Positions 35,255 through 49,656 of a stretch of 64,000 bases of DNA are shown here, in pieces. The position numbers and the translations under genes are program-made. The notes beneath the pieces were generated by a model. It saw only the letters and a program-made list of their open reading frames with translations, was not told the origin of the DNA and searched no databases. The DNA is taken from assembly GCA_965637545.1 (NCBI GenBank), contig OZ281498.1, positions 4,030,001 to 4,094,000 of the forward strand, given 5' to 3'. Within the stretch, counting starts at the first letter, position 1; the number at the start of each line of letters is the position of its first letter. The DNA comes from Phallusia mammillata (taxonomy: Eukaryota).

Positions 35255-37862
35255 ATGGAAAATTCCTCTGGCCAACATACATCCTCGCTCATCCAACACC
35301 GGAGGAGGATAGCAGCAAGATTTCTGCTTTTCTGTTTTGGCATGTTACTAACTTATGCAGCGTATGTTTCGGTAGCAGTTCTGCAATCCAGTATCAACAT
35401 AGAGGAAGGCGTAGGTATGTTTCGATGAAGTACAAAGCAATGTGACACAACGACAATATAAACGATTAATATGTCGCAGGAGTTTCATCGTTGATTGCCA
35501 CATACGCAACATCGGCCGTGTTCGGATTATTTTGTACCCCTATTTTAGTGACAAAGTTTGGGTCGAAAGTAGCAATTGTGATGTCACAAATATTCTACTT
35601 GATTTACATCGCGGCCAACTTTCATCCAGGTGTGTAAGCGTAAGTATACGAGAAAAATACATACACATTAATATTGGTTGTTCCATCTGTATGTGTATAT
35701 GGTTTTGTACTACTTTACAACACAATGGCCTGCTCTCGTATCAGTACTAATACAGCACAGAAGGATACGTCGTGTATCATAGAGGTGTTTGACGATAAAG
35801 CTATTCGTCTGCGAAAATGCACAATAACTGGTAATGCTTTTGAACCAGTTACATATTCGTATTTTTACAACTTTTCCGCGCAGAGTCTTACGTGTTGATT
35901 CCAGCTGGAGCAATAGCAGGTATGGGTGAGGCAACCATGTGGCCGGCGATGATGATTTTTGCAGCGCACTACGCAAGATGCTATGCACGTTATGGAACCA
36001 AAGACTCAAGTTTTTACGTTACCGAGTTTTTGGGTTGCACTTTTTCCATGTTCCAGATAAGCCAGGTAACTATTCAATGCATAAAATTGAAACTGTAACA
36101 AAATGTTTAAAAAGCCATCGTTCGTAAATTTGGTCAATTTGAAATGGCACCTCGAGTTTTTCCCTAAAAGTATATAACAGGCACCATCGAAACATAACGC
36201 CTTCCAGAGCCATACTTTAAACAAGGTGAATGATTTGCCTAGTTTTTGCTGTTAGGTTGTTGGCAACTTGATCACCTTCGGCATATTGTACGGGGGAAAG
36301 TCGGTTCAATCAGGCGGGAATGACACAACTGCCACGCCAGTGTCCAAAGACTTCACCTTTTGTGGTGCAAACGACTGCCAAGACCCCAACATCACTGAGC
36401 AAAATATCAATCGATATGAACCAGCTTCGGAAGTCACACTATTTACAACTTTGGGAGTTATGGGGGGAATGATATTGGCAGCAATATTTATTTATGTCAT
36501 CTTCATCCCAGATGTTGACCATTCGCTTAAAGTTCAAGAAAGCGAAAATACCCAATCCAAGGACCGTGCTCAATCCGACAGCATGAAAGTAAAGTAGTTG
36601 AAAATAAAATAATTCTTAACAATGGAAAAATGAAGTTGTTATTCAGGTTGCTGTTCAACGTGTGTTGGAGATCGTGAAAAAGACTTTTCGTCAGATAATT
36701 AATGTGCGGCAAATCCTCTATGCCCCATTCGCAATCTACAACGGCTTATTGGTTTCCTACATGTCTAGTGAACTGACCCGTGCCTATGCTTCATGTATGA
36801 TTGGAGTCGATCAAGTAAGCGCAAGATAAAACTTAATCGCATCAAAATCGTTTTAGCCCTTCACCGTCAAGGAGATATAAATTTAAACAATTTTGTTTGT
36901 GCAGAGTCGCAACATAAAGGTGACAACAAACTTTAATTGAAACTGACTAAGGTTACTTAAATGAAGTTACAAATTGTATTTTTTAAGGTCGGACTTTGTG
37001 CGGCTGTCTATGCCTCAGTCGACGCGGTTACTTGTTTTGTGACGGGAAAGTTGTCCAGTTGTTTCGGTCGAAACTTGCTTATCGTTGCTGGGCTTATTGT
37101 GGACATTGGTGGATACATGATTGCATTGTTATGGATTCCGACCGAGGCAAATCTTTGGGTAGTTTACGCCTTGTTTGTGCTGTCAGGAATCGCAGACGGT
37201 ATATGGGAGCCTCTAACATCAGGTGGAAAGAATTACTTTATGAGAGATATCAAGGCAAACTAATGTTTTTTTTTCGCCCGGTGAAAGAAAACGTAATGAC
37301 ACCACTGTACTGAACGTTCCCCAAGACGGTAATAGCTGGGCAATGTTAAAATGGAGGGAACAGCTGTTGGGTCATACAAAGTTTGCTGCGGCTTACACCG
37401 TAACAATATAAAAAAACTTTTTTATTTGTAATGTTCCAGTCACGTTTTATACTTGAAATCCTTGTAACTATGTGAACGAACATTTCCTGGTTAACTTTTA
37501 AGGCTAGATCAAAAATTGTTCCCAAGCTGTAAACTTGTTTCAGATATGCATGTCGCGTACTTTCCAAACAACGAAGATATAGCATTAGTGGTGTGGAATT
37601 TTTACTTTGTTGTGGGAATGACAATACAATTTGCTTGGAGCACCAGTTTGTGTGTACGAGACAAAATTTACATTCAAATCGGATGGGTCTGTTTTTCTGT
37701 TGTGTTTTATTGTACGTACTGCTTGCCATCTGTACACTGAACGCATTTGATTTGACTTTTACCTCTTTTTCAGACGTAGCCGAATGGTGTTGCAGTAAAT
37801 CAATTGTTGATTCCAATTCTACCGTAAAGGAACTCGACTGTAATGTGGAAAACTCGATATAG
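35255..37862 (+). CDS. UNC93A: UNC-93-like MFS protein, paralog E (8 exons, 494 aa)
   Basis: Exons 35255-35414, 35480-35629, 35884-36065, 36256-36588, 36647-36814, 36988-37222, 37544-37711, 37774-37862 total 1485 nt. Confidence 0.87.
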
Positions 37863-39059
37863 AGTGAAACCTAACTCTAAAGCCAGCTAAAAAATTCCAT
37901 CTGTATGCAGAATGTCAATAAAATTACACAAATTATGAACCGTTTTTTTTCTTGGCATTTGCCAAACAAGGTCAGTTGAGAAAACTTTTTGTGCCAGCGA
38001 TAACTATGGGTCCAGTTACTTCATGAGGATAAGTGATCTCAATATTTGCTAGCATGTAAACTTGTGTGATTGTGAATTTTTTTCCACCCAGCTATAGGCT
38101 ACACAAAACTGGAAGACCTATTATTCAATCTATGCCAAAAACAACAAACTAAAACACTTTTGTTTAATTCTTTACTGTACTTGATGCAGTTTTGCTAAAC
38201 TTGTGAAATCGGCGCAATGTTTCAAACGTATTTCTATTTTTAAAAGCCGCGAACATTAATCATTTAACACTTGGACACGTGCCAAAGCATTAGCATGTTC
38301 GGTGTCTGTCTTTTGTGGATTTCCTCTAAAAGTTTTGTGAAAAACAACATAGCAATCCAACAGACAACATATTACGAATTTCGCCTCAGACAAATTTCCA
38401 GGAAAGGCATGTACTGTGCTTGACCTAAACTGCTTTTGTGTGAATAGTGGTAATGAAAACTTTTACAATGAAATTTTCAGAAAATTGCAGCCCCCGAAAA
38501 ATTTAAACGCTGCAGCGATGTTTGCGTTGCAGCGGAAGTCCAAGGTGCAGTTATTGGGTAGTTCAACAAAAGAAGAGGATTTCAAAAGGATTCATGCAAA
38601 CATCACCTACGAACCAAAGGTAAATGACTTGAACAGCCCATTGATTTGTTTTAGAAGCCGGTTGATGAAGCAAAACAAAAAGTAATCATGCAGAATTAGA
38701 CTTATTTCCAATTGGAAAGCGAAAATATACTTTAGGGTAGAACTATAAAACTTTACAAATATGTAAATCTTTAAAAGCAGGCCAAAGTTTTCTCATTTTA
38801 AATCCTTAACTTTTTTCTTGTCGGCACCGTTTTCTAATCACTTACCGGTTCTTGCAGCTCCTTTAGTTTTGTCCTGATAACTCTTAGTGAAACTTAATTT
38901 ATTAACTCTCTAATTATTCAACATTCTAGTACTTCCTGAAAATCTGTTTCGCACCACTTGGGGATAGGTTAATATCCCCTGGTAGAAGAAATAAAAACTA
39001 CATTTCTTAAACAACGCTGAAATCATAGTACGCCAGGCCTAAGGCGTCATACTTAATTA

Positions 39060-39191
39060 GCCGGTCACCAAGCATTCACCCCCATATGGCAAGGCGTAGA
39101 CCAGAAAAATCTAGCCTGCGGTGGGATTAGAACCCACGACAGGACTAATGCTTTAACATAGGCTCGACACTTCAACCTCAGTGACAATAGC
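39060..39191 (-). mobile_element. Degenerate tRNA-derived SINE
   Basis: The minus strand has a degenerate A-box followed by GTCGTGGGTTCTAATCCCACC (T-arm/B-box) and non-tRNA sequence. It does not form a full cloverleaf. Confidence 0.45.
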
Positions 39192-39234
39192 ACGGGAGAA
39201 AAATAATAAATTGTAAAGAATCAACTTGTCACAT

Positions 39235-40240
39235 GAGTTGCTATGTTGATGGCAATGTTTGCATAATCAGCTGTTTTCGATTTATTTATTACTCCTATTG
39301 TTGTGACGAAATGTGGTCCCAAAGCAGGCGTGTGTATGTCGCAAGCATGCTTTATGATCTGTTGATCTATGCCGCAGCCAAAGTTTTTTTTACAAAAGCT
39401 CATTTGACCAGTATTCTAATTTGCACAGATTTGTATTTGTGCTGGTTATGCAATTTACATTACTTTGTATCACCCGTCTGTGTCTCACCCCTTTCTAAGC
39501 AGATGGTTATGTGTTGATTCCATTTCGGGGACAATAGTGGGAATGGGCGATCCTACTATGTGGCCTGCAATGGCGGTGTTTTCAGCTCAGTATGCGAAGC
39601 AACGAATCCAGTTTTTACGTTACCGAGTTCTTCGGTTACATATTTACCAGGTTGATCTGTTTAAAACACGAAAAGAGCTTCGAGCTGTGTAAAAAAACTA
39701 TTTTACGTAAACCTTTATGCTTCAGTAAGCAACAACTAAAACCATTTTACGTAGTTAGTCATGACATCGTCACTGATTTGCGTTACCTTTACGTTAAAGT
39801 GTACTTTGTCCAAGATTACACGAATTGGTAATAAACAATGTCAGCCATACATGAAACAATGTCAGCCATCTGTGCACTTTTAGCATCGGACCAACAAAAA
39901 TCACACTGTTTATTTCAAAGTTATGGGTAACCTAATCAGTTTCGGGACATTTTCTCCGGAAAGCCAATGAACGACACACACACCAATTCAACAGCAATCC
40001 CACCTTTAAACAACTTCACTTTTTGTGGGGCAAACGACTGTCAAGATCCCAACGTAGCCCAACAAAATGTTAATCGACATGAACCAGCTTCTCAAGCTAC
40101 GCTGTTTACATCTTTGGGAGTTATGGGAGGAATAATAATGGATTCAATATTTTTATATGGCTTCTTAATTCCGGACATCGATCATTCGCTTAAAGTCCTG
40201 TAAAGCGAAAGTGTTGAACCAGAAACTAAGAGCAAAACAG
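39235..40240 (+). pseudogene. E/F-type UNC93-like pseudogene (exons 2-4)
   Basis: Exon 2 has lost its acceptor (acat) and has an in-frame TAA. Exon 3 reads GMGDPTMWPAM with deletions and a frameshift. Exon 4 has a 1-nt deletion followed by CGANDCQDPNVAQQNVNRHEPASQATL. Confidence 0.85.
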
Positions 40241-40879
40241 TACGTGTTTGAACTTCACGACACATTTAACATACAAATACAAACCGCTATATTGAAGGTT
40301 GTCATGTAACATATGTTGGAGGTAGTTAAAAGAAGATACGATAGCTACAGTGCAAGACATCGGTTGTTAACGTACAGTGTGTTCACGCAGTAATGTCACT
40401 GTACAAACGATTAAAGCGGTTATCATTAGAAGGAATTGTGCGTTCATGACAAACACGTTTGCAAAGAAAACAAGCATGTTAAAGTATATTTGGTCTGAAC
40501 TCAATTTGTAAGCTTTTGCGCTACCGGTGCAATACCTGAAGGACAGTGTATTGTATTGACTGTTACGTTTCATAAAGAGAGCGACAAAACTAAGTATTGT
40601 TTCGCAGATTTTCATGTACACACCAGTCAGGATTTGTTAGAGCATGCAGTTTGCTACAGAGTGTACAAACGGTGTGGAAATATAGCTTTGGACGTGAAAA
40701 CTACATTACAAAACATCGCCAGTAATATGTGTTTCGTACTGGATAAACAACTTCTAAGAACTGGCTGTTGTTCAAACAAGTTATTCAAACACATTTGAAC
40801 TTACACTTTTTTATGAATATTCAAGTAGGGATTGCAGCGAATTGTTTAGAGCCCCTCACATACCAGTAATACCGTTAAG

Positions 40880-43800
40880 ATGGAAAATATAACGACAGGA
40901 CAACAGCTTTACACAATCTCCCAACTACGGAGAAGGATAATCATCAGATTTCTCGTGTTCGGTTTGGGCATATTGTTTACGCTTGGATCCTACTGTTCTG
41001 TAACGTATCTGCAATCCAGCATCAACATTGAAGCCGGCGTAGGTACTGTGTATTATCAAGCTATAAAAGCTAACTCCCGAAACCGCGACCTGCCGTAAAC
41101 GGTTTATTAAGCTGTGCTTGCAGAATCTTGCGATAAAATTGTAAATGGTTAACTTGTTGCAGGAGTTACATCATTGATCGCTACTTACCTAACATCAGCT
41201 GTATTTGGATTATTTTTCACCCCTATATTGTTTGCAAAATGTGGACCCAAAGTGGCCGTTTTGATGTCACAGGTGTGCTACATGATCTATGTCGCAGCCA
41301 ACTTTTATCCAGGTGTGTATGCGTAAACTTACGATCCAATCAGCAACTAGCCCAAAGCTCAGAATAGCATTGCATTTTGCTTGGTTGTGATGGCGTTCAA
41401 CGTAAGGTTTGTCGCGATCATTATAAGTTGTCATTTACTTTCAGATTGACTAAAATCAGTTTACCACATAGGGCACAATGTGAAACGTTCAGTGAGTAGT
41501 TCTGCGCGGTTACAGTTTGACAAAAAAACACCCATCTATTATAAAATGTACCTACCTATTAGGTGCCGTCTAAGAGTTATGATTTTTATCGAGATATTCA
41601 ATGTTTTTACAACTTTTCTTTACAGAGTCCTACGTGTTGATTCCAGCTGGAGCAATAGCAGGTATGGGTGAGGCAACCATGTGGCCAGCGATGATGATTT
41701 TTGCAGCGCACTACGCAAGATGCTATGCACGTTATGGAAGCAAAGACTCAAGTTTTTACGTTACAGAATTTTTAGGATACATATTTTCTTCGTTCCAGAT
41801 AAGCCAGGTCAAGCTTTATTCCGATAAGACCACTTTTGTTTTTATAACTGCCACAAATGCTTTGCGCTGAATTTGTTCGACGTAAAAAGGCTATGCTGGT
41901 TTCTACGTAGAACTAATCGGTTTAGTCAATACTACAATGACCTCTATCACAGTTAAATACTTTTTGTTTGCAGGTTGTGGGTAACCTAATCAGCTTCGGG
42001 ATATTTTACGCAGGAAAGTCCATTCAACCAAATGGCAACGGCATAGATACAGACTCAACCGTTAAGCCATTGTCCAAGGACTTAACCTTTTGTGGTGCAA
42101 ATGACTGTCAAGACCCTAATATCACCCAGAGAAATATAAACCGATACGAACCAGCTTCTCAGGCTACATTATATACAACTATGGGAGTTATGGGAGGAAT
42201 GATATTATCAGCAATATTTTTATATGTCATATTTCTTCCAAAAATAGACCATTCGCTTGAAGTTCAAGACAACGAAAATAATAAACTTGATACCGTTGCT
42301 CAACCAGAGGGCACCAAGGTATTTTTGTAGAACATCACGTTGATTATAAGCATGAAAAAACCAGCGCTTGTGTTTCAGGAAACTCTTAAACGTATTTTGG
42401 AAATCGTGAAAAAGACTTTTCGTCAGTTAATTGATGTGAGGCAACTTCTTATCACTCCTTTTACAATCTACACTGGCATGCTAGCTGCTTATGTGTTTAG
42501 TGAACTAACTCGTGCCTTTGCTTCGTGTATGATTGGGGTTGATCAAGTAAGTGTTATCACACACAAAAAACAAAACATTGAAAAGTTTCGTAACCATTTT
42601 AACATGAAGAATGAATCTCTGACCTACGTTGAAAGAAGTGTTTGTTGGCCATATTGCTGAATGTTTAATGTCAAAAATACAATAACATCTCTTGGACAAA
42701 ATAACTGAAATTAAAGGAAAATTTAAATATTCCCCTCAATCCCCTGTTTATTTATTTTTTACGGGGTTCGAACCCACGGCGTTCCCGTGGACGAATCCCA
42801 ATTTTTTATATTTATGTCTGCATCTGTTAGGCCGCTTTTCGGTTCTGCTGCAATTACGGGCTGTCAGTAGCCAATTTCAACTTGTATCATAAAGATATTA
42901 AAAAGAGCAAAACGATAAAAGGGTAAGCAGCGCAGCTATTCGGCCGCGACACAACCACCGCTCAACACCAACTCCAACTCCAACTACCGGCTTCTAAACT
43001 GCGTGGGGCCACGTCTCCTCGACAATTCGTTACAGCGAAAAAACATAGAAATGCGTTATGACGTCGTGGGTTGGTGCAAAATTAAAACGTAACACATCTG
43101 CATATGGGTCAGGCGCGACGGACCATGTCCCTGGCGACATAGAAAGAAAGCGGACATATTGCCTTAAAGAGCCCCGGCACCGGAAAATTATTTTTTAATA
43201 TGTTGTTTGTCGTATTTTTATAAACACGATTTCAGGTTTAAAACCACAAAAATCGAAGTTACTAGTCAAATATTTACGTTTTAAATCTAAAAACACTGAC
43301 ACCTTGTGGATATTTTGTCACTTAGCTCAAACGCCATGTGACGTCACCTCGTACCAACTTGGTTTGGAGCTTGTTTGTAGTCGGTGGTTGTTAACGATCT
43401 GCGACGCCAATTACGTTAGTCAGTTCAGGTATTTTGGTGTTTAAATGTTTTCATTTTTATACTCAAGTGTGCAAAAATGCCTGCAGTGTGTTCTTTGTAT
43501 GGTTGCAGTGAAAAAAGGGACCAACGAAATACAGTGTTCTTTGTAGCCTACATTTCACAGATGAATGTTTCACAAATAAATGTAGTCATTAGAACAGTCT
43601 TCTTCAGCAAGAAATGGCATTGAGAGCAGCTGCAAGAAAAGTAGCATATGGTATGCTTTAGTTAATTGTTTTCTGACATAATCTCATTTAACATTATAGT
43701 CTTTAATATTACCATTATGTCATACTAATTTAGTTCATGCCATTTACTTGGTAATAACAAAAAAGTGTGGTTATGAAAAAAAGGTGTGATAATATCAATA

Positions 43801-46003
43801 CATTTTCATTTGGGAACCACACATTCTAAGCTATGAACTAAAATACATTGTGTGTAAAGGAAAACTTCTTTACCTCTTAAATGGTGTACCAGAAGTAAAT
43901 TAACTGCAGATTTCCCTGGACACTTAGCTAAATTTGGTACATACACAATGATGGATGATGGATCTTTGCAACAATAAAATTGTTGCTATTAACCTTGTTC
44001 ATGTATTCAGATGGTAATTTCATAATATTTTCTAGAGCAATGAAGTGGCAAACAGCAATATTATGGAAAAAGAAGGATTCTTGGGATGCATTAAAAACTT
44101 CACAAGCAAAGAATTGTTTATTAAAGCCTTTGTGACTGACAGGCATCCACAAATCATTAAATACATTAGTGAAGAATCGTCAGAAACAAAACATTATGTT
44201 TGGCATGTAGCTACAATTATGATAGAAATAAAAGATGAGCATACACCAGTATATTTGTGTTTATGGTTTTGAATTCAGAAATCCAAAAGAAACTGACAGC
44301 ACTTTCTAACAAAGCCTATTGCAAAGAGTTGGGACCTTGGGTGAAAAGCATATGCAACCACATGTATTGTTGTTCAGCAACGTCACAAGGGAATTCACAA
44401 CTTATAGTTGACAAGTGGCTGTCAGTCTGGCAACGTAACTCTGAAGTCTTCCCCAGCACCATTCAACAAATTTTCTGTAGGCAGTATATCTGTAACGCAT
44501 AGAGGTTGCTGGTTGCATATAGCATGTTAGTAGTTAGTACAGTAAAACTTACTCGTGACGGGTGTTAATTACCCTCATCATGATTTCCCAATTGACGTTT
44601 AAATCGATAACGTGCTGATTCTAATACATACACGTTGAGACATATAGATTCAAATCCAGGATATGCTTTCATACAAAGCAGATTCGACTCAGAATATTCG
44701 TTGAACTTGGCTAACTGCTGTTGCACTTACTAATTTCATGGCAGCAAACACATGATTTTCTCTCCTCCATTATCACATAGTTAGTACATAAACACCTGCA
44801 ATAATTCTGTTACGTGGAAAATACCTTTTGTCAACAACAAAACACCTACCTTTTTAAGCAAACAGTTGTTATTTATTGCTTAACTATCAACTACGTATAC
44901 TATACGTTAATTTTATCCGTTGTAAACAATAAAAAAATGTACGCATCAAAGCTAAAACAACAGCTGACCAACGCCATTGTTAGAAGTTGGTACGAGGTGA
45001 CGTAACAATCGCTGCTACATATCAAACCAAGGTGTCGCTCGAGAGCTCATTGTTTGATTGAATATCTCGAAAACGAGAAATCATAGGCCAAAACAAATTA
45101 GTGATTCGGAATCCCTGATTTTTGGCAATTCTAAATATCTTAAATGTAGAAAAAGTCACATCGTCGCTGCCGGGGCCCTTTAATAAGAACCAACACTATA
45201 CAAAATAGTTAACAAAAGTTGCATGCCGTCATTAATAACTCACCACCAACAACCAAGTGCGTCCGCAAACTACTGATTCAATTTTTGTCACAGTGTTACA
45301 GTTTGTTACAGTCATAAATTGTATCCTCTTCAGGTTGGCCTCTGCACCGCCATTTTTGCCGCCTCCGGTGCGATATCAGCCTTTGCGACGGGAAAGCTGT
45401 CCAGTCGCTTTGGTCGAAACTTGCTCATCGCTGCTGGGCTTATTGCGGACATTGGTGGATACATGATTGCGTTGTTCTGGATTCCGAACGAAACAAATCT
45501 TTGGGTGGTGTACGCGTTATTTGTATTAGGTGGAATTGCGGACGGAATTTGGGAGCCACTATTGTTAGGTAAGTGGCTGAGATATTTGCAGAATCTAAGC
45601 AACATTTATTCTTACTGCATACCTTGTGTGTGGCAAATAGACGCATTGTGTATATTCAATACTCAACCGTACCGAATTTTTAGAAATACATTCCAAGTCG
45701 TTTCCCAACACAGAAGAAATTGCCTTTGTGGTTTGGAACCTCTGGGGTGTTGTGGGACTAACAATACAGTTTGCTTGGAGCACCAGCGTGTGTGTGCGAG
45801 ATAAAATATACATTCAGCTCGGATTGCTCGGTTTTTCTATCATATTATATTGTACGTGCACCGCTTGGTTGGTTTTGTTTTGGTTTTGTTTTGGAAAATA
45901 TTATATTTGATTTAAAACTACTTTTTCAGACGTTGACGAACTGGCTTACAAAAGTAAAAACAAAGTTCCTGAAGAAAAATCTTTCCAAGGAACTTATCTG
46001 TAA
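40880..46003 (+). CDS. UNC93A: UNC-93-like MFS protein, paralog F (8 exons, 494 aa; 2.8-kb intron 5 contains a Kolobok element)
   Basis: Exons 40880-41042, 41163-41312, 41626-41807, 41974-42318, 42379-42546, 45334-45568, 45684-45851, 45930-46003 total 1485 nt. Confidence 0.86.
43168..45179 (+). mobile_element. Kolobok-superfamily non-autonomous element, copy 1
   Basis: TTAA TSDs at 43164 and 45180, and TIRs AGAGCCCCGGCA / TGCCGGGGCCCT (11/12). Fragments of THAP (MPAVCSLYGC, GPTKYSVLCSLHF) and transposase (MEKEGF..FVTDRHPQIIKY, WHVA, PWVKSICNHMY) lie on the plus strand, and a Cys-rich ORF2 relic on the minus strand. Confidence 0.85.
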
Positions 46004-46498
46004 TATTGCCAAACTTGAACAATTTAACCGAAATAAAAGTGTTTTATTTGATGAAACTACCATCACAGTGAAGTGTTTGTTGTAATAATACTGCACATAA
46101 AAAAGGAGAGCAACAACACTTCCGTAACTCCTAAAACGGATAATCATAATGACGCGGCGGCTGTAACAGACGAACACAATGCAACAAAAGGCAAAAAAGG
46201 GAAAGTAGTGAACGCTCTATTGGGCATACGTTTTAATGCGCTATTGAGCTGAAAGGGTCTCCTCTCCTCACTCTCCTGCATGGCCTATATACTGCCAGCA
46301 TGGTGCTTAACAAATTTTTGGCAAGACAGCAACAAACGCAGTTAGGTTCCTGTTTAAGTACTGTGTAACTTTGCAGAGCAGAAAAGGTAAGCGGATTTTG
46401 CAGCTTACCAAACCGAATGACATGCTTGAGTGGCTTTTATAACAGCCTGGGGGTTTATAGGAGTTTCAAATTACCTAAGTACAGCCACGAAAAGGGAA

Positions 46499-48636
46499 AT
46501 GACTTTAGACAGACCGTTCATTCTGTATCTGTTTGGAGTGTTTTTGATATATTGCTCTTCAATAGGAGTATACACCTTAGTATCTAGCCTCAACGTGGAC
46601 GAAGGTCTAGGTACGTAGCGTTAGGCATAACAGGTCGATGTACGGTAGGGTTCTTATGACCTTGCTTTATTCACACAGGAACCTGGTCCTTGGCTCTCGC
46701 CTATGCAACATCTCTCGTAGCTGCAACACTGTCACCAGTCATTGGTCATATATTTGGATGTAAAAAGTTGTTAGTAATAGCCGAAGTCGGTTGGCTGCTT
46801 TTTATATTGGGAAACGCATATACATGTGAGTTTGGCTGAGCATATGTCACTTTAGGCCTAACGTAAGCTAATTTCCGCCTTTTCGCGGTGATTGTAGACT
46901 GTTATCCACTTCAGCATTTCTTTTTGCTTTGTAGCTTACTTCACAGTGCTTCCAGGCGGATTTTTTCTTGGACTTGCTGAGGCATGGGGTTGGACGGCTA
47001 TGCCTATTTTAAACACGTACTTTGCCGAAAAACGAGCAGGCCCTCAAAATAAAGAGAAACTTATTCGGTATTATACGGGATATTACTATGCAATAATACA
47101 AGGCAGTGCGGTAGGTTGCCATCAGTCAGTGTGGCGTTAGTTAAACAATAACATACTAAGGTTTCCTTGCGTAACAGATAGTTGGAAACGGCATCAGTTT
47201 TGCGGTTTTGTACATCGACAGAACGTTAGCTGGAAGACACAACACTACTAATGCCACAGAACGAACAATCGACTACAGCATATGTGGCGCCAACGACTGT
47301 CAAATCGCGAATATCACTAATGCTAATATGGAACAATACGAACCCTCGTATCCTGCAACACGATACATTCTGATAGCAACGTTCAGTGTACTTACCCTTA
47401 TCGGCTTATTTGTACATATTTTATACTTGCCGACCGATGCAAGTTGGAATATTGCCGGTAGGGAGCAGGTGGCAACTAATTCCCCACCAGAGACGCGCAA
47501 TGTTGACGCAATTCAACTGGTGCAAGTTCCGCCAACGGACGAAACCAACAGAGATGACGAAGAATTGGAGAGTTTCATCGAAAGTTCTGTTCCCATGGTC
47601 GGAGTAGAAGCACTCCACTGTGAGAATTTACAGAAACAGGTTTTTATCGTATGTTTTCGTCCTTGCTGGATTGATGCCGCAAACGCATTTTTGTTTTGCA
47701 GGTTAAGCTGACAACAGTTTTCCTCACTACATTAAAAGCAACCTTAAAAATTTCATTCAAACCAAAACATTTGCTGGTGGTTTTACTACCTATATACAAC
47801 GGTATGACGATCAGTTACTGCCTTGGGGAACTCACTCGCGCATACTCTTCTTGCATGTTAGGAGTGGACAAGGTTCAAACATGTTTAACGTTTTTACACA
47901 AATTCTTTTTCATAATTAAAATTTCACGTAGGTCGGCGTGTGTGTGATGCTGTACGCTTTTGCTGACTGCGTTTTTTCGCTCATTGCTGGAAAACTAGGT
48001 GGAAAATTGGGAAGAAACTTACCATATGTTATTGCGTTCATCATCGACATCTCATTGTACATATTCACGTTACACTGGGAAGTAGATGTTGGCAATGCAC
48101 AACTCGTGTACGTCATTTTCTTGATGTTTGGTTGCTCGGATGGCCTGTGGCAAACCCTTATAACAGGTATAACAAAACAAAAATTACCAATTTTGTTACT
48201 TGATTTTCACCTGAGGTTTTCACATGCAAAAAGTGCAAACATTTTTGCTAGTTTGGTGATCAACACTTTTTGAAACCTATTAATATAAACTTTCAGCAAT
48301 GTACGGTGAGTATTTCCCAAAGGAACAGAAGCTCGCGTTTAACTTGTGGAATGTGGTGGCAAATGTTGGCTTTTTAATTCAATACTCAATCAGCACTGCT
48401 CTCTGCGTACGTTCCAAAATTATAATACAGATAACACTTTTGTGTGTGGCTGTTTGTGCATACGGTAAGTCAAAACATTCACGTCGATTTTAAATAAAAA
48501 TACAATACAAAACAGAAACAAGCATTTTTGCAATGCAGGTGTATCACAAGTTATTTACTACCCGGAAGAACTTGCTCAAAACCGAAGAAAAGTCAAGGAT
48601 GTGGTGAATAACGTCACTGGTCGTTTGACGTCTTGA
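46499..48636 (+). CDS. UNC93A: UNC-93-like MFS protein, paralog G (8 exons, 508 aa)
   Basis: Exons 46499-46610, 46679-46825, 46935-47110, 47178-47597, 47702-47872, 47932-48166, 48297-48464, 48539-48636 total 1527 nt. Motifs: SSLNVDEGLGTWSLA, CGANDCQIANIT, GELTRAYSSCMLGVDK. The exon 4 donor is the least certain boundary. Confidence 0.84.
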
Positions 48637-49656
48637 ATGCATGGTACGACGATAAAAACAAACCAATATGCCCAACACTTGTGATTATGAGTGCGTTTTA
48701 TGTTTTAAATCAGTGGATTAAAAAACCCTTTAATTGTTATGATGTGTCCCATGATCAAAACATATTTTGCTGACAGTGGTTGTCCAAATTTATCGTCATT
48801 GGAGATAGCTTTCTTGGATCTATTATTTTTGAATGACTTACCTGCAAGCAATATAGTTAAGTAAATCTGTATCTTAAATTGATACAGATCGCTAATAGCG
48901 TCCCTGTCTAAAAAGAGGATACCAAACGCAGTTAAGTCGAAATATAAAATTGTGTCAATAATGACAAACCTTTACAATATAGGTATTCATACCTTTACAG
49001 TCAGGTAAAGACCCTCGAGGTAAAAAGATGTTTATCAAAAGCACTCCGGACTGTTTTTGAAAGTAAAATTTTATCGCGGACCGGTCTTTAAAAAACAACA
49101 AATATTTAGCAATAAAAACGCTTAAATTAGTTTATCATCCCCGGGATACATGGCCAAAATGTTGCATAGAATTTAACCTGAAAAATTATACGGCCCGGCA
49201 ACAAACTCCTCCGGCGGTTGCCGACCACTGATTTAGACAATGGCGCCTAGTCTAATGTTCACAACAACTTTTGATGACCATGAGTCACTATATAAATTTA
49301 TCGTTAATTTTTCAAATTCGAAAACGCTTTGTATGAATCTAAACTTATTTTTTTAGTAAGTGTGATTTTGTATCTTGTTAATCAGACAGGATTATTTAGG
49401 ATGATGTGGTTATACATCATCTGATTATCATGTTTTTGTACTAAGAATGGACTAACACTGGTTATTTAAATGCACTTGATTACAATCCCCACACAGAACA
49501 TGCAACACAAACCGTTTGCTCAGCAGGCTCAAGCTGCTCGATAAATAAAAAAACGCTCGGTTGGCGGTTGCTCGTTCGTTTGTACCAGATATGAGCGCCC
49601 GAAATCAGTCAAGTGCGAACCCAGAGAGACAAAATCAAACAAGCAAACTTGTACAG

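Noticed and set aside
38416-38685. 89-aa ORF between E and the pseudogene
   Set aside because: It has a non-ATG start, no recognisable motif and no splice-compatible partners.
39113-39191. Possible tRNA gene
   Set aside because: Only the T-arm/B-box is convincing; acceptor and anticodon stems are not. I treated it as SINE-derived.
42763-42795. GGGGTTCGAACCCACGGC B-box-like hairpin in F intron 5
   Set aside because: It is an isolated T-arm-like fragment with no A-box or tRNA body.
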